NCBI GenBank assembly: GCA_002811645.1
Contig: PDIP01000001.1
Coordinates: 202,686 to 266,685, forward strand
DNA from: Corallochytrium limacisporum Hawaii
Lineage: Eukaryota; Protista; Pluriformea
Direction: 5' to 3'
DNA length: 64,000 nt
In this document: positions 11,301-22,460 of the stretch, piece by piece
How the letters are laid out: each line of letters starts with the position of its first letter
How positions within the stretch are numbered: position 1 is the stretch's first letter
The notes under the pieces: model-generated
Database searches by the model: none
What the model was told of the DNA's origin: nothing
What the model saw: only the letters and a program-made list of their open reading frames with translations
Position numbers and translations under genes: made by a program

Positions 11301-11998
11301 TTGTCGTGGAAGTTTATCACGGCACGGTTTGCACGCAAGTCCCAGACAGTGGACATACCATTGATATTGGTCGAACCGAGAATGTGCTGAACCTGGCGGT
11401 TCCACTGCAGAGCTGTAATGTCAGCCGGCTCGGTGCTACTCTGACCAGGAGCCATAGGCTTGCCTGTGTTCAAGTCCCAAATGAATATTTCAGAGCGGCC
11501 AGCACCAGATGCCATCAAGTTCGGCATGAATGTGTTGAAGTCTAGAGTGTTTACACCACTGCCATGTCCCCTCAGCTGTGCAACAGGAGCCATTGCTTGC
11601 CCGCTGGCATTTCCTGCGAGGGCCTTTGCATCCCACATTCCAATGCTTCCGTCTGAGAAACCACCGGCAATCACGCCGTACCCGAACCTACCGGCAGACA
11701 TGCCAAATGAGCCCCACTGGAGGGTATTAAATCGTTCCTGGCATGTCGTCTTTCCCAAACACTTGAGCTCAGGTCCCCGGAGCTGAGCTTTTGCAAAGAA
11801 GTCATCGCCTCCGGCTTCAGCAGGCTGGGGAGCAGGAGCATCTCCCGTCTCCAGACTGTACACTTCAAGTTCCGAAGAGGTGCTAAAACTTGCGTCGAGC
11901 TGTTTCGCAGCTGTACCAGCTGCAACCAATGTCGTGCTCTTCAGCTGCCCGGGGCTGAAAGCAGTCTCACTGCTCTTGTACACTTGTTTAAACTGCAT
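8366..11998 (-). CDS. SEC31: COPII outer coat protein Sec31
   Basis: N-terminal WD40 (QLDASFSTSSELEV, WNRQVQHIL, WELRNAYSP, PPKWLKRPCGAVFGFGGKL), alpha-solenoid, Pro/Gln-rich region with GWNEPP, C-terminal helical domain. Confidence 0.97.
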   Translation of the reverse strand: MQFKQVYKSSETAFSPGQLKSTTLVAAGTAAKQLDASFSTSSELEVYSLETGDAPAPQPAEAGGDDFFAKAQLRGPELKCLGKTTCQERFNTLQWGSFGMSAGRFGYGVIAGGFSDGSIGMWDAKALAGNASGQAMAPVAQLRGHGSGVNTLDFNTFMPNLMASGAGRSEIFIWDLNTGKPMAPGQSSTEPADITALQWNRQVQHILGSTNINGMSTVWDLRANRAVINFHDNNARMRNSALQWHPDEATQLATASEDDRHPVIQIWELRNAYSPLRTMQGHQSGVLDLAWNPADSDMLLSCGKDNRLLLWNPNTAEMTEELPQAKNWCFDVNWCPSNPSIFSCGSFDGTVRVGDILEASGGASDAQAQGQYGQQPTAAPKVKPPKWLKRPCGAVFGFGGKLYEFSQPTGGQIKVQQTVTEQELVSKAVELSQQSQDFGSLCDSRLRAADSDSERLLWGFLKVNFDAQPRKSQLELMGYSTDSMAYRKVKEAALEGDALANRMQSELNIAQKPVQQSASTADLTGEEQTGTQMNGTGPSPGADGADGDVFASIGKQVATGANGSHLPAITSSFGIALHDGDTGPILRALIAGDFQTAVSLSIAAGRHADALILAMAGGPELLNRARDAYLGSCSTDFATVLGLVLTGNWGDLVQFSKLENWRETFAMLVTYGSAEEFSNLCIMLAERLEEANESVDAALIYIAGGNLDGMLRMLLRLMPPKPSVEDIHSLMEKVNVLAGAVNAVRSDQVTITSTEAVEHIIRYAETLTDQGMLLEAMQQIKLCGPVPVEQNHHLGNIRDRIYHALKPQLQQMVGGPPEAPYTVQNAPVAQAQTAQYGQQQQTGGYGQQSRTSTGYQQPQQTGYGGFGQQQTSYGQYGQQPPSRPSYGAPPPAMGGAAPPPAMGGPPTYGAPPTQTAPPPAFGGAPAVPAHFQQASSYSQPAPPTANILQPAAPPTASAPPPSGPPPAVAGAPPPSAAPHPPAAGGGSLSQPTNPAGTGGWNEPPIIERKKKASQSHRPQAAAIMSPVAPPVGGAPAPGYPGQTAPAPGAGYGTPPMPGAASYGTGSVAQYGQQPPGAVAGAPPGGPAQPVAPQPPAQPPAPPKPILEKFKPIHDVLQGLIDRGKAKNDSTITRKLQDVESKLQPMFDLMREDNITDAEMGMLTQLIQYIQANDLQTAYRYTGQITTQMNLHKFKSSLTGIKSLITIAMKF

Positions 11999-13527
11999 TT
12001 TGTGTATCTGAGTATCTATTTATATCGACTGTCCCTAGCACATCATGACTGGTGGCCCAAACACATTCTGCCAGTCGTAGTGTCTCTCCGGTGCTGTGTG
12101 ATGAGTTTTCAAAGAAAATTCATCCCCACTTGTGATCCTAGGCTACAAATCTCATGTACCTAGACGTAGAGGTTACAGTCTTGGCAAAATCTTCCACAGC
12201 GCCACATCATCGTCATCGAGCCCTAGGGAAGTGGGCTTTGAAACAAGAGCAACTTGTCGATCGGCTCAGTACCCACTAACCAACCCCCCCCTTCTCTTCG
12301 CCTGTCCTCTGCCTTGCACTCCCGTTCCCTCCAAAACTCTCTTTCGCTACCGAGGGCGGTTGTTTGGCTACCCAAGGCTCCTACCTACACCCCTCCCACT
12401 CTCGCCTCTCCGCTCAATTGCCACCGAACTTGAAGTCTTCGCCGCTCCTTTTGAAACCAAAACAAAAGTTGTGGCTCCAAATGTACTGCAAACAACGGGA
12501 AAGAAAGGGGTGCAAAACACTTTGCCCCCCCCCCCCGGGGAGGGCCGTGTCGATTGATCTCGTGTAAGTTTTCCGTGGTTGGCCTGGTTCTGGTATTGTG
12601 TGCTAGGAGGGGGGAGAAGGGGGGAGGGGTTGTCGGGCATCTCCCGGGTTTTGCTTTGGGTGTTTTCCAATTACCCGGGGTCTTGATTTTCTCTTGCACC
12701 ATTGACGCACGGCACCAGCTGCAGCTGCTGAACCCTTTTTTTTTGGCCTGCTGATATTACCCTGCACTCCGAGCGCCGCACAGCGCGAACCCAATGTTTT
12801 GACTTTGGGACAATTGGTACTTTCACTACGGACATTGCGTGTGATGGTAGATTCAGAATCCCTTTGTTTTGCCAGTTGCCCTGTGACCGGTCGGTCCTGG
12901 GTGCGAGCGAGCGTGGCTTCAGTACCGGCAACTGTCGAGCCCTTGCTCGTATATTCGTGAGGTCCGTCCGGACTCCTTTGATTCGTGAAAACTGCGCCCC
13001 CCTTTGTGCCCTACGGCCCCCCTCCGGGGGCCCCCTTTTTTTTTTGTTCTCCAGCTCACCGCTCTGCCTCCAGACCGTTCAGGCGCGCGAGGCCTGATCA
13101 GACTGGCTTTTTGGGCACAAATTGCTATACAAATTGGCTTGGGCGGGGAGAGCGCAGGGCGCTGTCCTTCGGTTCCCCGCCCTTTGAAATAACATTGGCA
13201 CAGAACAAATGGCCGAGAACGACATCCACGTCACTCGGTGCTGAATGTACCGAGTCAGGGCCCCAGGCCGTTCGGAGCGGGACGGCGGTGCGCCCTTTCT
13301 TGTTCCTTGCTCTAGAACGACGGAGCGACAATGCGTACAAGCGCAAAGCCATAACCAAGGTTTCGGTCCTTTTGTGAGCGATTGACCGGGTCAGTCATTG
13401 GAACAGTGAATAAAGTGACCAGGCACCAAAGCATGGTGAAGATCAGATCGGCTATAAAGGCTCGACATTCGCGCAAATAAGGCAGTATCGAACACTGTTC
13501 ACAAATACCACATATTGAGTGATCACA

Positions 13528-14388
13528 ATGTCGTTGGCAAAGGTAAATTTGACCGGGCCGGTCGAGGGCCCCCTGGTGGATCTTCAGCAGACGAAGGGCG
13601 GGTTCAACTTTGAGAATATTAAGCGGAATGCTATGCTTGATGCACAAGGACTAACTGGAAGCAGTTCTAAGGGTTATGTTCCTCGGGCCACTAAGACTGG
13701 TACCACAATTGCCGGAGTGGTTTTCAAGGACGGCGTCATCCTGGGCGCAGATACTCGTGCCACTAACGGAACTATTGTGGCTGACAAGAACTGCGAGAAA
13801 ATTCACTACATTGCTCCCAACATTTACTGCTGCGGTGCTGGTACTGCCGCCGATACTGAAAATGTCACCAACATGATTAGCAGTCAGCTAGAGCTCCACC
13901 GTCTAGAAACTGGCCGTCAGAGCCGTATGGTGACTGCATGCCGTAAGCTGAAACAGATGCTTTACAAGTATCAGGGATATGTCTCTGCGGCTCTGGTTCT
14001 TGGTGGAGTTGACCTCGAGGGACCTAAGCTGTACACTATCGCTCCGCACGGTAGTACGGACAAACTGCCCTACGTAACCATGGGTAGTGGTAGTTTGGCC
14101 GCGATGGCCGTCTTCGAAGCTCGGTGGAAGCCCGACATGGAGGAAGAGGAGGCCAAGCAACTTGTGCGTGATGCTATCGCCAGTGGTATCTTTAACGATT
14201 TGGGCTCTGGTTCCAACGTCGACTTGTGTGTGATTACCAGCTCCAAGGTCGACTACATCCGCCCTCATGAAGTCGCCAACCTTAAGACCGAGCGTCAGCA
14301 GGCATACAAGTACCCCAAGGGAACCACTGCTGTACTTACTACGGACATCCAGAAACTGGTGACTGTGTCCGATGGAATGGAAATGTAG
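13528..14388 (+). CDS. PSMB7: 20S proteasome subunit beta-2 (Pup1/PSMB7)
   Basis: Propeptide GGFNFEN, cleavage site KTG|[25 protein letters not shown]. Confidence 0.97.
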   Translation: MSLAKVNLTGPVEGPLVDLQQTKGGFNFENIKRNAMLDAQGLTGSSSKGYVPRATKTGTTIAGVVFKDGVILGADTRATNGTIVADKNCEKIHYIAPNIYCCGAGTAADTENVTNMISSQLELHRLETGRQSRMVTACRKLKQMLYKYQGYVSAALVLGGVDLEGPKLYTIAPHGSTDKLPYVTMGSGSLAAMAVFEARWKPDMEEEEAKQLVRDAIASGIFNDLGSGSNVDLCVITSSKVDYIRPHEVANLKTERQQAYKYPKGTTAVLTTDIQKLVTVSDGMEM

Positions 14389-14434
14389 AATGCCAAGATA
14401 GATCGCTAATTACATATCAGATACTTATATGTTT

Positions 14435-15463
14435 CTATTGAATAATGCCCACGGCCGCCTTCACATCTCGCATCGTCGCTGTCGCAATCTCGCGAGCAAT
14501 GAAGCTACTCTTTGTAGTAATATCTAGCAGATGCTGACGATCTTTCATCAGCCGTTCGCGCTCTTCGCGAATAGGACGGATCGTTTCAATCATCACATCC
14601 ACCAAAGCACGCTTCAAATCTACAGTTTCCTTGCCCTTGAAGTCAACAACCAACTCGTCTACCGACGTGCCCGTGCAGGCAGCATGCAATCGGAGTAGGT
14701 TGCTGACGCCGGGTCGATTGTCAGGGTCGTAGGTCACTTCACTGGTCATGTCTGTCACGGCTTTCATGACCCGCTCTCTGATGGTGTCGTCAGAATCAGA
14801 CAATGTTATCCGGCTCTTGGGGTCCTCATGACTCTTCGACATCTTTTTTTCCGGATCCCGGAGAGACATAATCTTTGCCGCTTCGTTTAGACGTAGTTCC
14901 GGAAGTGTAAGAATGTCTCTACCATTACCAAATAGCGCGTTGAAGCTGATAGCTGTGTCCCTCGTCAGTTCAAGATGCTGTTTCTGATCTTCTCCAACCG
15001 GCACTTCCAGCGCGCGGTACAGGAGAATGTCAGCTGCCATAAGTACCGGATAGGTGAGCAAACCGGTTCCAACTTCGTGCTGTTGCTTTCGCGGGATCTG
15101 TTTCATCTTGTCCTTGTACTGTGTCATCCGTTGAAGCCTTCCTATGGGTGTGCGACATGCTAAAATCCACATAAGCTCACAGTGTTCCGGAACTTGGCTC
15201 TGGACAAAGATTGCAGACTTTTCTGGTGAGAGCCCACTGGCCACGAGAGATGCAATCATACTATAGGTATCATCTTCCAGGGTGGTTGTGCCCTTCGGTG
15301 TCGTGATAGCATGTAGATCGACGGCCATGTACAAAAGAGGAAGTTGACCTGGTCCACTGTGTTTGTTTTGATATTCTACCCACTGTTTCACGGCACCAAA
15401 ATAGTTACCCATGTGAATGACGCCTGTTGGCTGGATCCCGCTCAATACTTTGGCCCGCAACAT
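14435..15463 (-). CDS. WARS2: Mitochondrial (bacterial-type) tryptophanyl-tRNA synthetase
   Basis: SGIQPTGVIHMGNYFG, VDLHAIT, YPVLMAADILLY, VPVGEDQKQHLE, KMSKS. First ATG at 15463. Confidence 0.95.
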   Translation of the reverse strand: MLRAKVLSGIQPTGVIHMGNYFGAVKQWVEYQNKHSGPGQLPLLYMAVDLHAITTPKGTTTLEDDTYSMIASLVASGLSPEKSAIFVQSQVPEHCELMWILACRTPIGRLQRMTQYKDKMKQIPRKQQHEVGTGLLTYPVLMAADILLYRALEVPVGEDQKQHLELTRDTAISFNALFGNGRDILTLPELRLNEAAKIMSLRDPEKKMSKSHEDPKSRITLSDSDDTIRERVMKAVTDMTSEVTYDPDNRPGVSNLLRLHAACTGTSVDELVVDFKGKETVDLKRALVDVMIETIRPIREERERLMKDRQHLLDITTKSSFIAREIATATMRDVKAAVGIIQ

Positions 15464-16335
15464 GATGAGCGACAACACATAGTCCACATATCTTAAGGAT
15501 TTCAACACAATTGTAATGGGTCTTATTTCTCAATGTCGATAGAGAGCTCAAATATAATATACCTTTTGGCGGCTGGATGAGTGTCGCTCGTGTCAGACAC
15601 CCAAGCGGACACCCTTCCCCCATAGGAACCACTGCCGTCACCGAGTCCACGGGGCCTGAGCTTGCCATTTCGTTTCGTCTATAAACTAATAACCTAATAA
15701 TCGTCATTAATGCGATTTAATCCGTGAAAACTTGGGCAATGGGTTAGGGAGCCATGTAAACGGCGTTGACAATTCGCGATGTACTTGGTCTTGTCCTGGA
15801 AAGGGAGTCCATTTTTCTTTAGAAGCTAGGGCACAAAACCCCTTGCCTCTCCCCAAAAACACACACATATTTTTCACACACAAATACAGGTCTTGGAACG
15901 GTATCAGAAATTGTATGTCTCGATTTTTTCTACATTTACGGCTGTCCACAGGAGAGGGGCAATTTCCATATATTTCTATTGTCAATTGTATTCAATTTAT
16001 GGTGCATAGTGAATGTGCTACCATGTGACATTTACAGTACAAACAGTATGGAGCGACGAGAGCGGCGCAAGAACTTCCAGGCACTTTGTTCTTGGTGGTT
16101 CTAGTACACACGGGTATTGTGAAGACAGTGAGCCCCGATGCTGTGGACCAGCTCTTAAACAGCCCTACATTCTCGCTGTTGCGGACGGTAGTGAGCACCG
16201 TAACATACATGGAAGAATGAGTTACGGTGTTCGATAGATACATAATGGTATTTCACCTGCGTAAGCAGCTATTTCTATCAGTCGAGGCCTCAGTTTCTTA
16301 TCGGTTCAACATTTCGGTCAATAACAAATATCAAA

Positions 16336-16737
16336 ATGAAGACTGCCTCAGAGGGATCCGTTACCATCCGCACCCGGAAGTTCATCACTAACCGCCTGCT
16401 TTCTCGCAAGCAAATGGTTGTTGATGTCATCCATCCTGGCCGTGCCAACGTGCCCAAGAACGAGCTCCGGGAAAAGATTGCTAGCATGTACAAGACCAAC
16501 GCTGATGTCGTTGTCCCCTTCGGTTACCGTACTGCCTACGGTGGCGGCAAGAGCACTGGTTTCGCTCTCATCTACGACGAACTCGATTCTCTGAAGCGCT
16601 TTGAGCCCAACTACCGCCAGCAGCGCCTGGGATACATGGAAGTCGTTCCCAAGTCCCGCAAGCAACGCAAGGAGCGTCGCAACCGTGCCAAGAAGGTCCG
16701 CGGTGTCGCCAAGGCCAAGATCACTGCTAAGAAGTAA
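16336..16737 (+). CDS. RPS24: 40S ribosomal protein eS24
   Basis: [57 protein letters not shown]. Confidence 0.98.
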   Translation: MKTASEGSVTIRTRKFITNRLLSRKQMVVDVIHPGRANVPKNELREKIASMYKTNADVVVPFGYRTAYGGGKSTGFALIYDELDSLKRFEPNYRQQRLGYMEVVPKSRKQRKERRNRAKKVRGVAKAKITAKK

Positions 16738-17012
16738 ATTAGTCACCTACAATGTGAAAAAGTCAAGGGGGATTATTCCGAACATGCACATTCATTTATT
16801 TGCACGAATGGTTGTACCGCTTTTGACGGGTCTTGCACAGCATACATCACAACCACATATATCGTATGGCAGAGGCTCCTACGCAGTCAATTCTTTGGAT
16901 CTGTGGCCTCTTCTCCATCCATGTTCCTTTACATTTTTGGATCACTCATAGTTTCATAATATAAATTAAACCAATCTCAAAATAAAACTTGCCTATTTTC
17001 GAATGTATTCCT

Positions 17013-18647
17013 TCAGCCGACAACAATATGTCGTGAGAGCCGTGCCATAGGCATGGACGATGGATTGCATGGCAGGATGGTAACGGGATGTGTCCATTTG
17101 TATACGCTGATGTCGATGCCACTCGGAGCATGCCATTGGATGTCTTTGTCCTCCAGTAGCTGCCTTTTGTCCTTTGGCGCATCTATATCAATTGCAGGAT
17201 TTGGGATGCCTACTTCCACGTTCGTTCCTTCCAATTTGGCATCACTGTCACCAAAGATAAAACCGAAAGTCAACTTCCACGAGATGCTGACGTGCTCGGA
17301 CCTGAAGTCTGGGCAGCAATTGATGGGTACCTGGATCGACAAGTTTAAAATCTGTGAGTGACGACAAGTCTGGCGCAGTTCGCCCATGGCTGTCACCACA
17401 GGGCTAGGAGTTTCTTTTGAGTCACCGTTCTCAGGCATAAGATCCGACGAGAGCACCTCATGCATTTCGAGTCGAACAACAGTTTCATAACATTTCAATT
17501 TGCTCTCCTGGAAATCCAAGCGAATGGGGATGTCCTGTCCCAGTCGGAAGGCCTTTCCAGCAATACTCACCCGGCAAATATGACTGTCTCCTGATCCGAT
17601 TTTGTAATGTCCTGCGTTCAGCATTACAGTGGGAGACGGGCTTGAGAGAATGGCAATGCGACTCATTGCTTCTCCGAGGAAACTCCGCTCATCCACGTTC
17701 AAGTCGTCGGGGTCTTCCTGAATCAGAGAGAGTCTGAGGGAACCACTACGGAGAAGAGGGTGGCTACTGTCGATCTGGTTTGGCTTTGCGAATGCCCGTT
17801 GACGGGCAGTGCGTTGTACATCAGCAATGCTGATTGACCAAGATTTCCGTAGCTCTCGCTTCCTTTCAATGTCACCGCGTAAAATGTCTGTCCGAAGCTG
17901 CTGTTGTGGATCGTCGAGGCGGGGCTCTTCCATCTCCGGCCCCCCTAGCTGTAATATGTCGTCAAGAAGAACGTGGTCGACAGCGACGACTCGCAGAGGC
18001 ACGCGCAACATGGATTTCTTCACTTGCCCGTTGGATGTCCGAATAGCGATGCCAATCATAGCAAAATGACTGTATCGGAATATCTGTCCGCGGAAAGTCG
18101 GAGGCAATGTTGGTGGGATCTGCGCCGCAAACTTGCAACTTATGGATTCACCCGGGCGCAAGGCTACGTTTGTCCCGAGCAATGTGATTTCACTGCGATC
18201 CATTTCAAAGGCACCAGAATGTGCTGAAAGAAAGATCTCACTCATTTTGTTTGCGTAGTGTATGTAGTCTGACCGATGAGTCTCGTCCGATGGTTCTTCG
18301 TTCTTCTTCTGGGTCTCAGAAGTTTCAGGATCAAAGAACCAATAGAATGGATTCCAAGACGATTCCTGGCCTTCAGATTCACCGGTCGAACTCTGAGTAA
18401 ACTCTTCTTGAGGCGAGATCTGCTTAATTCGAGCCTTACTTGCTTCTCTAAGTCCCTGGACGGCGACGTCGTCAACCATCCGCGCAACAGGGGAGGCAAA
18501 GCATCCCAATGTTCCGATTACCCATAAGATATTCTCTTTGTTCACATTCTCATCACCTGTGCAAGCAATAGAGAGTGCAACGGACGCCTTGTCACCCGCA
18601 AGTACCGTTCCTGTACCCAAAGGGTACGCAATGAGGCTAATTGGCAT
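17013..18647 (-). CDS. RGP1: Rgp1, Rab6/Ypt6 GEF complex subunit
   Basis: LPPTFRGQIFRY, LRVPLRV, CPDFRSEHVSISWKLTFGF and WTHPVTILPCNP match recalled Rgp1 blocks; N-terminal ISLIAY..TVLAGD resembles IEVVAE..VFLAGE. Confidence 0.85.
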   Translation of the reverse strand: MPISLIAYPLGTGTVLAGDKASVALSIACTGDENVNKENILWVIGTLGCFASPVARMVDDVAVQGLREASKARIKQISPQEEFTQSSTGESEGQESSWNPFYWFFDPETSETQKKNEEPSDETHRSDYIHYANKMSEIFLSAHSGAFEMDRSEITLLGTNVALRPGESISCKFAAQIPPTLPPTFRGQIFRYSHFAMIGIAIRTSNGQVKKSMLRVPLRVVAVDHVLLDDILQLGGPEMEEPRLDDPQQQLRTDILRGDIERKRELRKSWSISIADVQRTARQRAFAKPNQIDSSHPLLRSGSLRLSLIQEDPDDLNVDERSFLGEAMSRIAILSSPSPTVMLNAGHYKIGSGDSHICRVSIAGKAFRLGQDIPIRLDFQESKLKCYETVVRLEMHEVLSSDLMPENGDSKETPSPVVTAMGELRQTCRHSQILNLSIQVPINCCPDFRSEHVSISWKLTFGFIFGDSDAKLEGTNVEVGIPNPAIDIDAPKDKRQLLEDKDIQWHAPSGIDISVYKWTHPVTILPCNPSSMPMARLSRHIVVG

Positions 18648-19280
18648 ACCTTTATCCTAGAGCACTGTCACGTCATGGTCCGTTTCTATCTTTCATCCAC
18701 TCTACCATGTTTTGCAGAAGAATCGTTACAGTTTTAAGTTCTACGTTAGAACACTAAGCATGCAGCATATCAGTGCCATACAAGAAATAGGTAGCTGGGC
18801 CAGGATGGTTCCATAATAAGACCCGCCTCTCTTTGGGAACTCCCATTGGATCCGTACGGCACAACATCCTAAGGGTTTCTCCTTTCGGCACAATTTGGGT
18901 TCCCGCCTTACGCTTGTGGGTGCGGAGCCAACTTATTTTTTTACCGCACCGATGGAGTCCCCTCATCGTTTGGTAAAAAAATAGTCTAACCCGCCGTGCG
19001 ATTGCAGGACCACCACGCTCCGCATTCCCCCTCAGCTGCCCCTCCGCGTGAGTCTCTACCACGGGGAACACTGTGAGGGAACGTTGTGCGGGTCTGTGAC
19101 ATTGGGTGTGTAGTGTTACACATGATTCTTTGTGTTCGTCATTACAGATGGCTATTTATGAAGAGTTGGGAGCTTAAACTGAGCCATCGTACAACAATTT
19201 CTTGTATAGGTGAAACTGCGGTCTCAATTACTCAAGAATACAAATCAAGAATATGTGAGTGAGAACGACGAGCAGCAATC

Positions 19281-22058
19281 ATGCCCAAAAAGAGTAAAGG
19301 TAAAGGTAAGGCACGTGCTACTAGCAGTGCCAGGCATGACATTTACGAAGCAGACCAAACTGTGCGGGGTTCAGGTGCAAATTCATTAGACAACGTAGAT
19401 GTCTACGAATATGAACTTCCGAGGGACTACGATCGCGACGAGGAAATTGACGAAGACGAAGCTTTCGGAAGCGACGAAGAGTTGCAGTATGACGAAATCT
19501 TGAACACGCGGCGCAGGACTGCCGCTTCGGGTGACGAAACTGAGGAAGAGGAGGATGAGGATGACAACGAGGACGACCCCACCCTCTTTATGGACCTTTC
19601 CGACATGCTTGGAGGAGGTGGCAAGGCTCTGGTCGCTTCGAGCAAAACCAATGAGCCCGGTCCGTCCAAATCCACTAAGGTTGTACCATTGACAAAGAGT
19701 CACAAAACAGATATTGTATCCGACGAAGATAACAGCGAAGAAGACAACAGCGAGTACAGTTATGAAGATGATGATGATGACGAGGAGGATTTCGAAATCT
19801 CGGACGATGAAGACGGCGATGCGGAAGAGAAGCTCCAGGCCCTCATCAAACTTGTTAAAGCTAGTGAACCAAAGAAGGATAGCAAGAGGCTTGAGAACCG
19901 AAACGACGTGCAGACAGCGACTAACGAGGTATCGCAGCCCCTTGCATCTGCTTCCGCGGTGTTGAAGCTGAGCGATTTGATGAACCCTTTGAAGGGAAGC
20001 AATGCCATCTCATCCGATGCCAAGCAGATCCTGCACAAAATGGAACATTCCAGGAGCAGTCAACCTTTGGCAAAGCCGCTCAGCAAGCCAGCACAGCAGC
20101 GTGCTGAACGTTCTGTTGCGTACGATAGGGCCAAAGACGAGGTTTCCCAGTGGCAGCCCTTGGTCAAGAGAAACAGAGAAGCCTCTCAGTTGAAATTTCC
20201 CTTGCAGCAGGAGAGGCACAGCAACAAGAGTGTTACAGCACTGACTACGTCCTTCAAGGCGGACGATAGCGGTATTGAGGGTGAAGTACAAAAAGTCTTA
20301 GAAAGCTCAGGACAAATTCCAGGGCAGGGAGATAAGTCTATCGACCTCCCTGATGCGTCGCGGGTCAAATCTAAGGACGACATTGAGCGCGAGAAGGCAG
20401 TACTTGCGAAGGCCAAGGCCCTTCTGACCTATTATGAGGCAAAGAGAAAACGTATTAACAAGATCAAGTCGAAGAAGTATCGAAAGGTGCAAAAGAAAAG
20501 TGAAAAGAAGATCCAGGAGAAGGTGCTCATGGAAGATGTGGCCAACATGGATCCTGAAGCGTACCAGGAGTATCTGGAGAAGCTGGAGCGGCAGCGCGCC
20601 GAAGAGCGCTTGACATTGCGGCACAGTAAATCTCGCAAGAAAGACCGGGTCTTGAAGGGCGCAGCGACACACGACACAAGCATCCAGGACCAACTTCTCG
20701 AACGCGATCGGATGAGGCAAGAGCTCAAGAAGCGCATCAATGACGAACAGGAGGACGAACAGGAACAAGATTCCGAGGGGGCGGACGACGACCCCGCTTC
20801 GGCTTTGGAGGATATCGAAGCAAGTCTGGGCCAAGATCAGCTGGCAAACTATGACGGGCCATTGAAGAACATTATTGGCATGCAATTTATGCAGAGGGCT
20901 ATGGAAAAACAGAAAGAAGAGGCGCTGCAGTCCATCAAGACGCTCCGCCAGGAGCTTGGAGAGCTGCCGGGCGACGGTGACGAATCGAATGCACGCATGA
21001 CCTTCAGCACTAAGGGAACCGGTTATTTCAGCAATGCTGGCCAGGCTGTCCGTGAACAGGAAACGATGGAAGACAAGACCCTTGAGGCTAAGAAGGGCGA
21101 AGAGCCCAACCCGGTAGAAAGTGAAGTGGCAAAGAAGAAAGAACCGAAAGTTCCAGAGTACGAAGGAGCTGCTGACTCCGACAATCCATGGTTAGTAGGG
21201 AACAAGGAGTACGCTTCTTCTGAGCAGCAAACGACTCGAAGTGCCACTGCCAAGCAGCAGAGCGAAAATGTTGTTATCAAGGCGAAACAGAAAGCAGCGA
21301 AGGGTGCCAAGAAAGGCCAGGAAATGGTGCGAATTGATGCAGACGCAGAGGTAGCTTCCGCCATCAACGCGATCCATGGAGATGACATGAACAGTAAGGC
21401 CGCGGCCAATGGAACCACCAATGGCGGCCTTAAGATTGGCAAGGATATCACGCAGGAAAAGCTCGTACGTGAGGCCTTCGCTGCTGACGAGGTCACAGTC
21501 ATGAAGGAGATCGAGGCCGAGAAGGAGGCAGAGGTCGAGGAGGCCGTTGGTGAAACTCCTGAGTTTGGTGGAATGATGCCTGGCTGGGGTGAGTGGGTTG
21601 GTAGGGAAGTCAAGCCTTCGAAGAAACTCGAACGTGCCCGCAAACGTGCGAAGGAACAACGCGAGGAGGACATTCGCAATGTCAAGAAGAGCCGAAAGGA
21701 TGCCAAGTTGGCAGGGGTCATTATCAACGAAAGGGCGCTGGATCGCAAGGCCAATCAGCACCGAGTCCGCGCCTCCGATGTGCCCCATGAGTACGCCAAG
21801 GACAAAGCCATTTTTGAGCAGGCCATGGCTCAGCCTCTAGGTCGCGAGTGGAACACAGAACAGAGCTTCAAGCACCGCATTCAGCCCGCTGTTCAGACTG
21901 CGGCTGGTCGAATAATTGAGCCCTTGACTGTCAACAAGGGTGTACTCCGTGAGGCTGAAAAAATCCAGCAGCGTAGGGCTCTGCAGAAAGGCATTGCTTC
22001 ATCCGCATCCCAGCGTCGTGCTCTTGGTGCCCGCAAGAAAGGTGCTGCCGAAGTGTAA
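19281..22058 (+). CDS. UTP14: U3 snoRNP/SSU processome protein Utp14
   Basis: WQPLVKRNREASQLKFPL, KRKRINKIKSKKYRK, RAEERLTLRH, PGWGEWVG, VIINE, PLGREWNT, GRIIEPL. Confidence 0.96.
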   Translation: MPKKSKGKGKARATSSARHDIYEADQTVRGSGANSLDNVDVYEYELPRDYDRDEEIDEDEAFGSDEELQYDEILNTRRRTAASGDETEEEEDEDDNEDDPTLFMDLSDMLGGGGKALVASSKTNEPGPSKSTKVVPLTKSHKTDIVSDEDNSEEDNSEYSYEDDDDDEEDFEISDDEDGDAEEKLQALIKLVKASEPKKDSKRLENRNDVQTATNEVSQPLASASAVLKLSDLMNPLKGSNAISSDAKQILHKMEHSRSSQPLAKPLSKPAQQRAERSVAYDRAKDEVSQWQPLVKRNREASQLKFPLQQERHSNKSVTALTTSFKADDSGIEGEVQKVLESSGQIPGQGDKSIDLPDASRVKSKDDIEREKAVLAKAKALLTYYEAKRKRINKIKSKKYRKVQKKSEKKIQEKVLMEDVANMDPEAYQEYLEKLERQRAEERLTLRHSKSRKKDRVLKGAATHDTSIQDQLLERDRMRQELKKRINDEQEDEQEQDSEGADDDPASALEDIEASLGQDQLANYDGPLKNIIGMQFMQRAMEKQKEEALQSIKTLRQELGELPGDGDESNARMTFSTKGTGYFSNAGQAVREQETMEDKTLEAKKGEEPNPVESEVAKKKEPKVPEYEGAADSDNPWLVGNKEYASSEQQTTRSATAKQQSENVVIKAKQKAAKGAKKGQEMVRIDADAEVASAINAIHGDDMNSKAAANGTTNGGLKIGKDITQEKLVREAFAADEVTVMKEIEAEKEAEVEEAVGETPEFGGMMPGWGEWVGREVKPSKKLERARKRAKEQREEDIRNVKKSRKDAKLAGVIINERALDRKANQHRVRASDVPHEYAKDKAIFEQAMAQPLGREWNTEQSFKHRIQPAVQTAAGRIIEPLTVNKGVLREAEKIQQRRALQKGIASSASQRRALGARKKGAAEV

Positions 22059-22133
22059 CTTTACTAAAATATCATTTAGAGTCTATTCTGAAACTGTTAA
22101 TTGTTCATGATTCGTTTCTAAAACTGTTCCCGC

Positions 22134-22460
22134 CTATGTACTGTACGAAATGTATCCCATTCCTGAATCAATAGCTTCTTCTTCGTCTTTATTCAGTGCC
22201 TTGCGCTGAAAGCGTGCCGGCAATTCCCAGAAGTCTACAGCATCTTCGGAGTACACTAGTACTCTCTTCTTTGGCCCCGCCGTCGTTCCATGGCCTCCCA
22301 GGAATTCACCAGGGATCTGTCCCGTGGTCAGCACGCTTGTAATGATCTTGGTGAAGTTCTCTAGCGTTGGTTTCACCACTGGTGCCCCGTCAGCAGTACG
22401 ACGGTTTGGGAACGCAATCATGCGACTGTGAGGTTTTACCTTCTGTGCCGCCTTCAACAT
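22134..22460 (-). CDS. KGD4: 2-oxoglutarate dehydrogenase adaptor Kgd4/MRPS36
   Basis: N-terminal VKPHSRMIAFPNRR and C-terminal FWELPARFQRKALNKDEEEAIDSG. Confidence 0.85.
   Translation of the reverse strand: MLKAAQKVKPHSRMIAFPNRRTADGAPVVKPTLENFTKIITSVLTTGQIPGEFLGGHGTTAGPKKRVLVYSEDAVDFWELPARFQRKALNKDEEEAIDSGMGYISYST

Noticed and set aside
18611-18649. GTATGC...TACAG mini-intron at the RGP1 start
   Set aside because: The unspliced N-terminus already aligns with Rgp1, and the segment is in frame and stop-free.
19148-19194. H/ACA-like hairpin (gatggct/agccatc + ACA) before UTP14
   Set aside because: No H box and no convincing target; treated as part of the structured leader.
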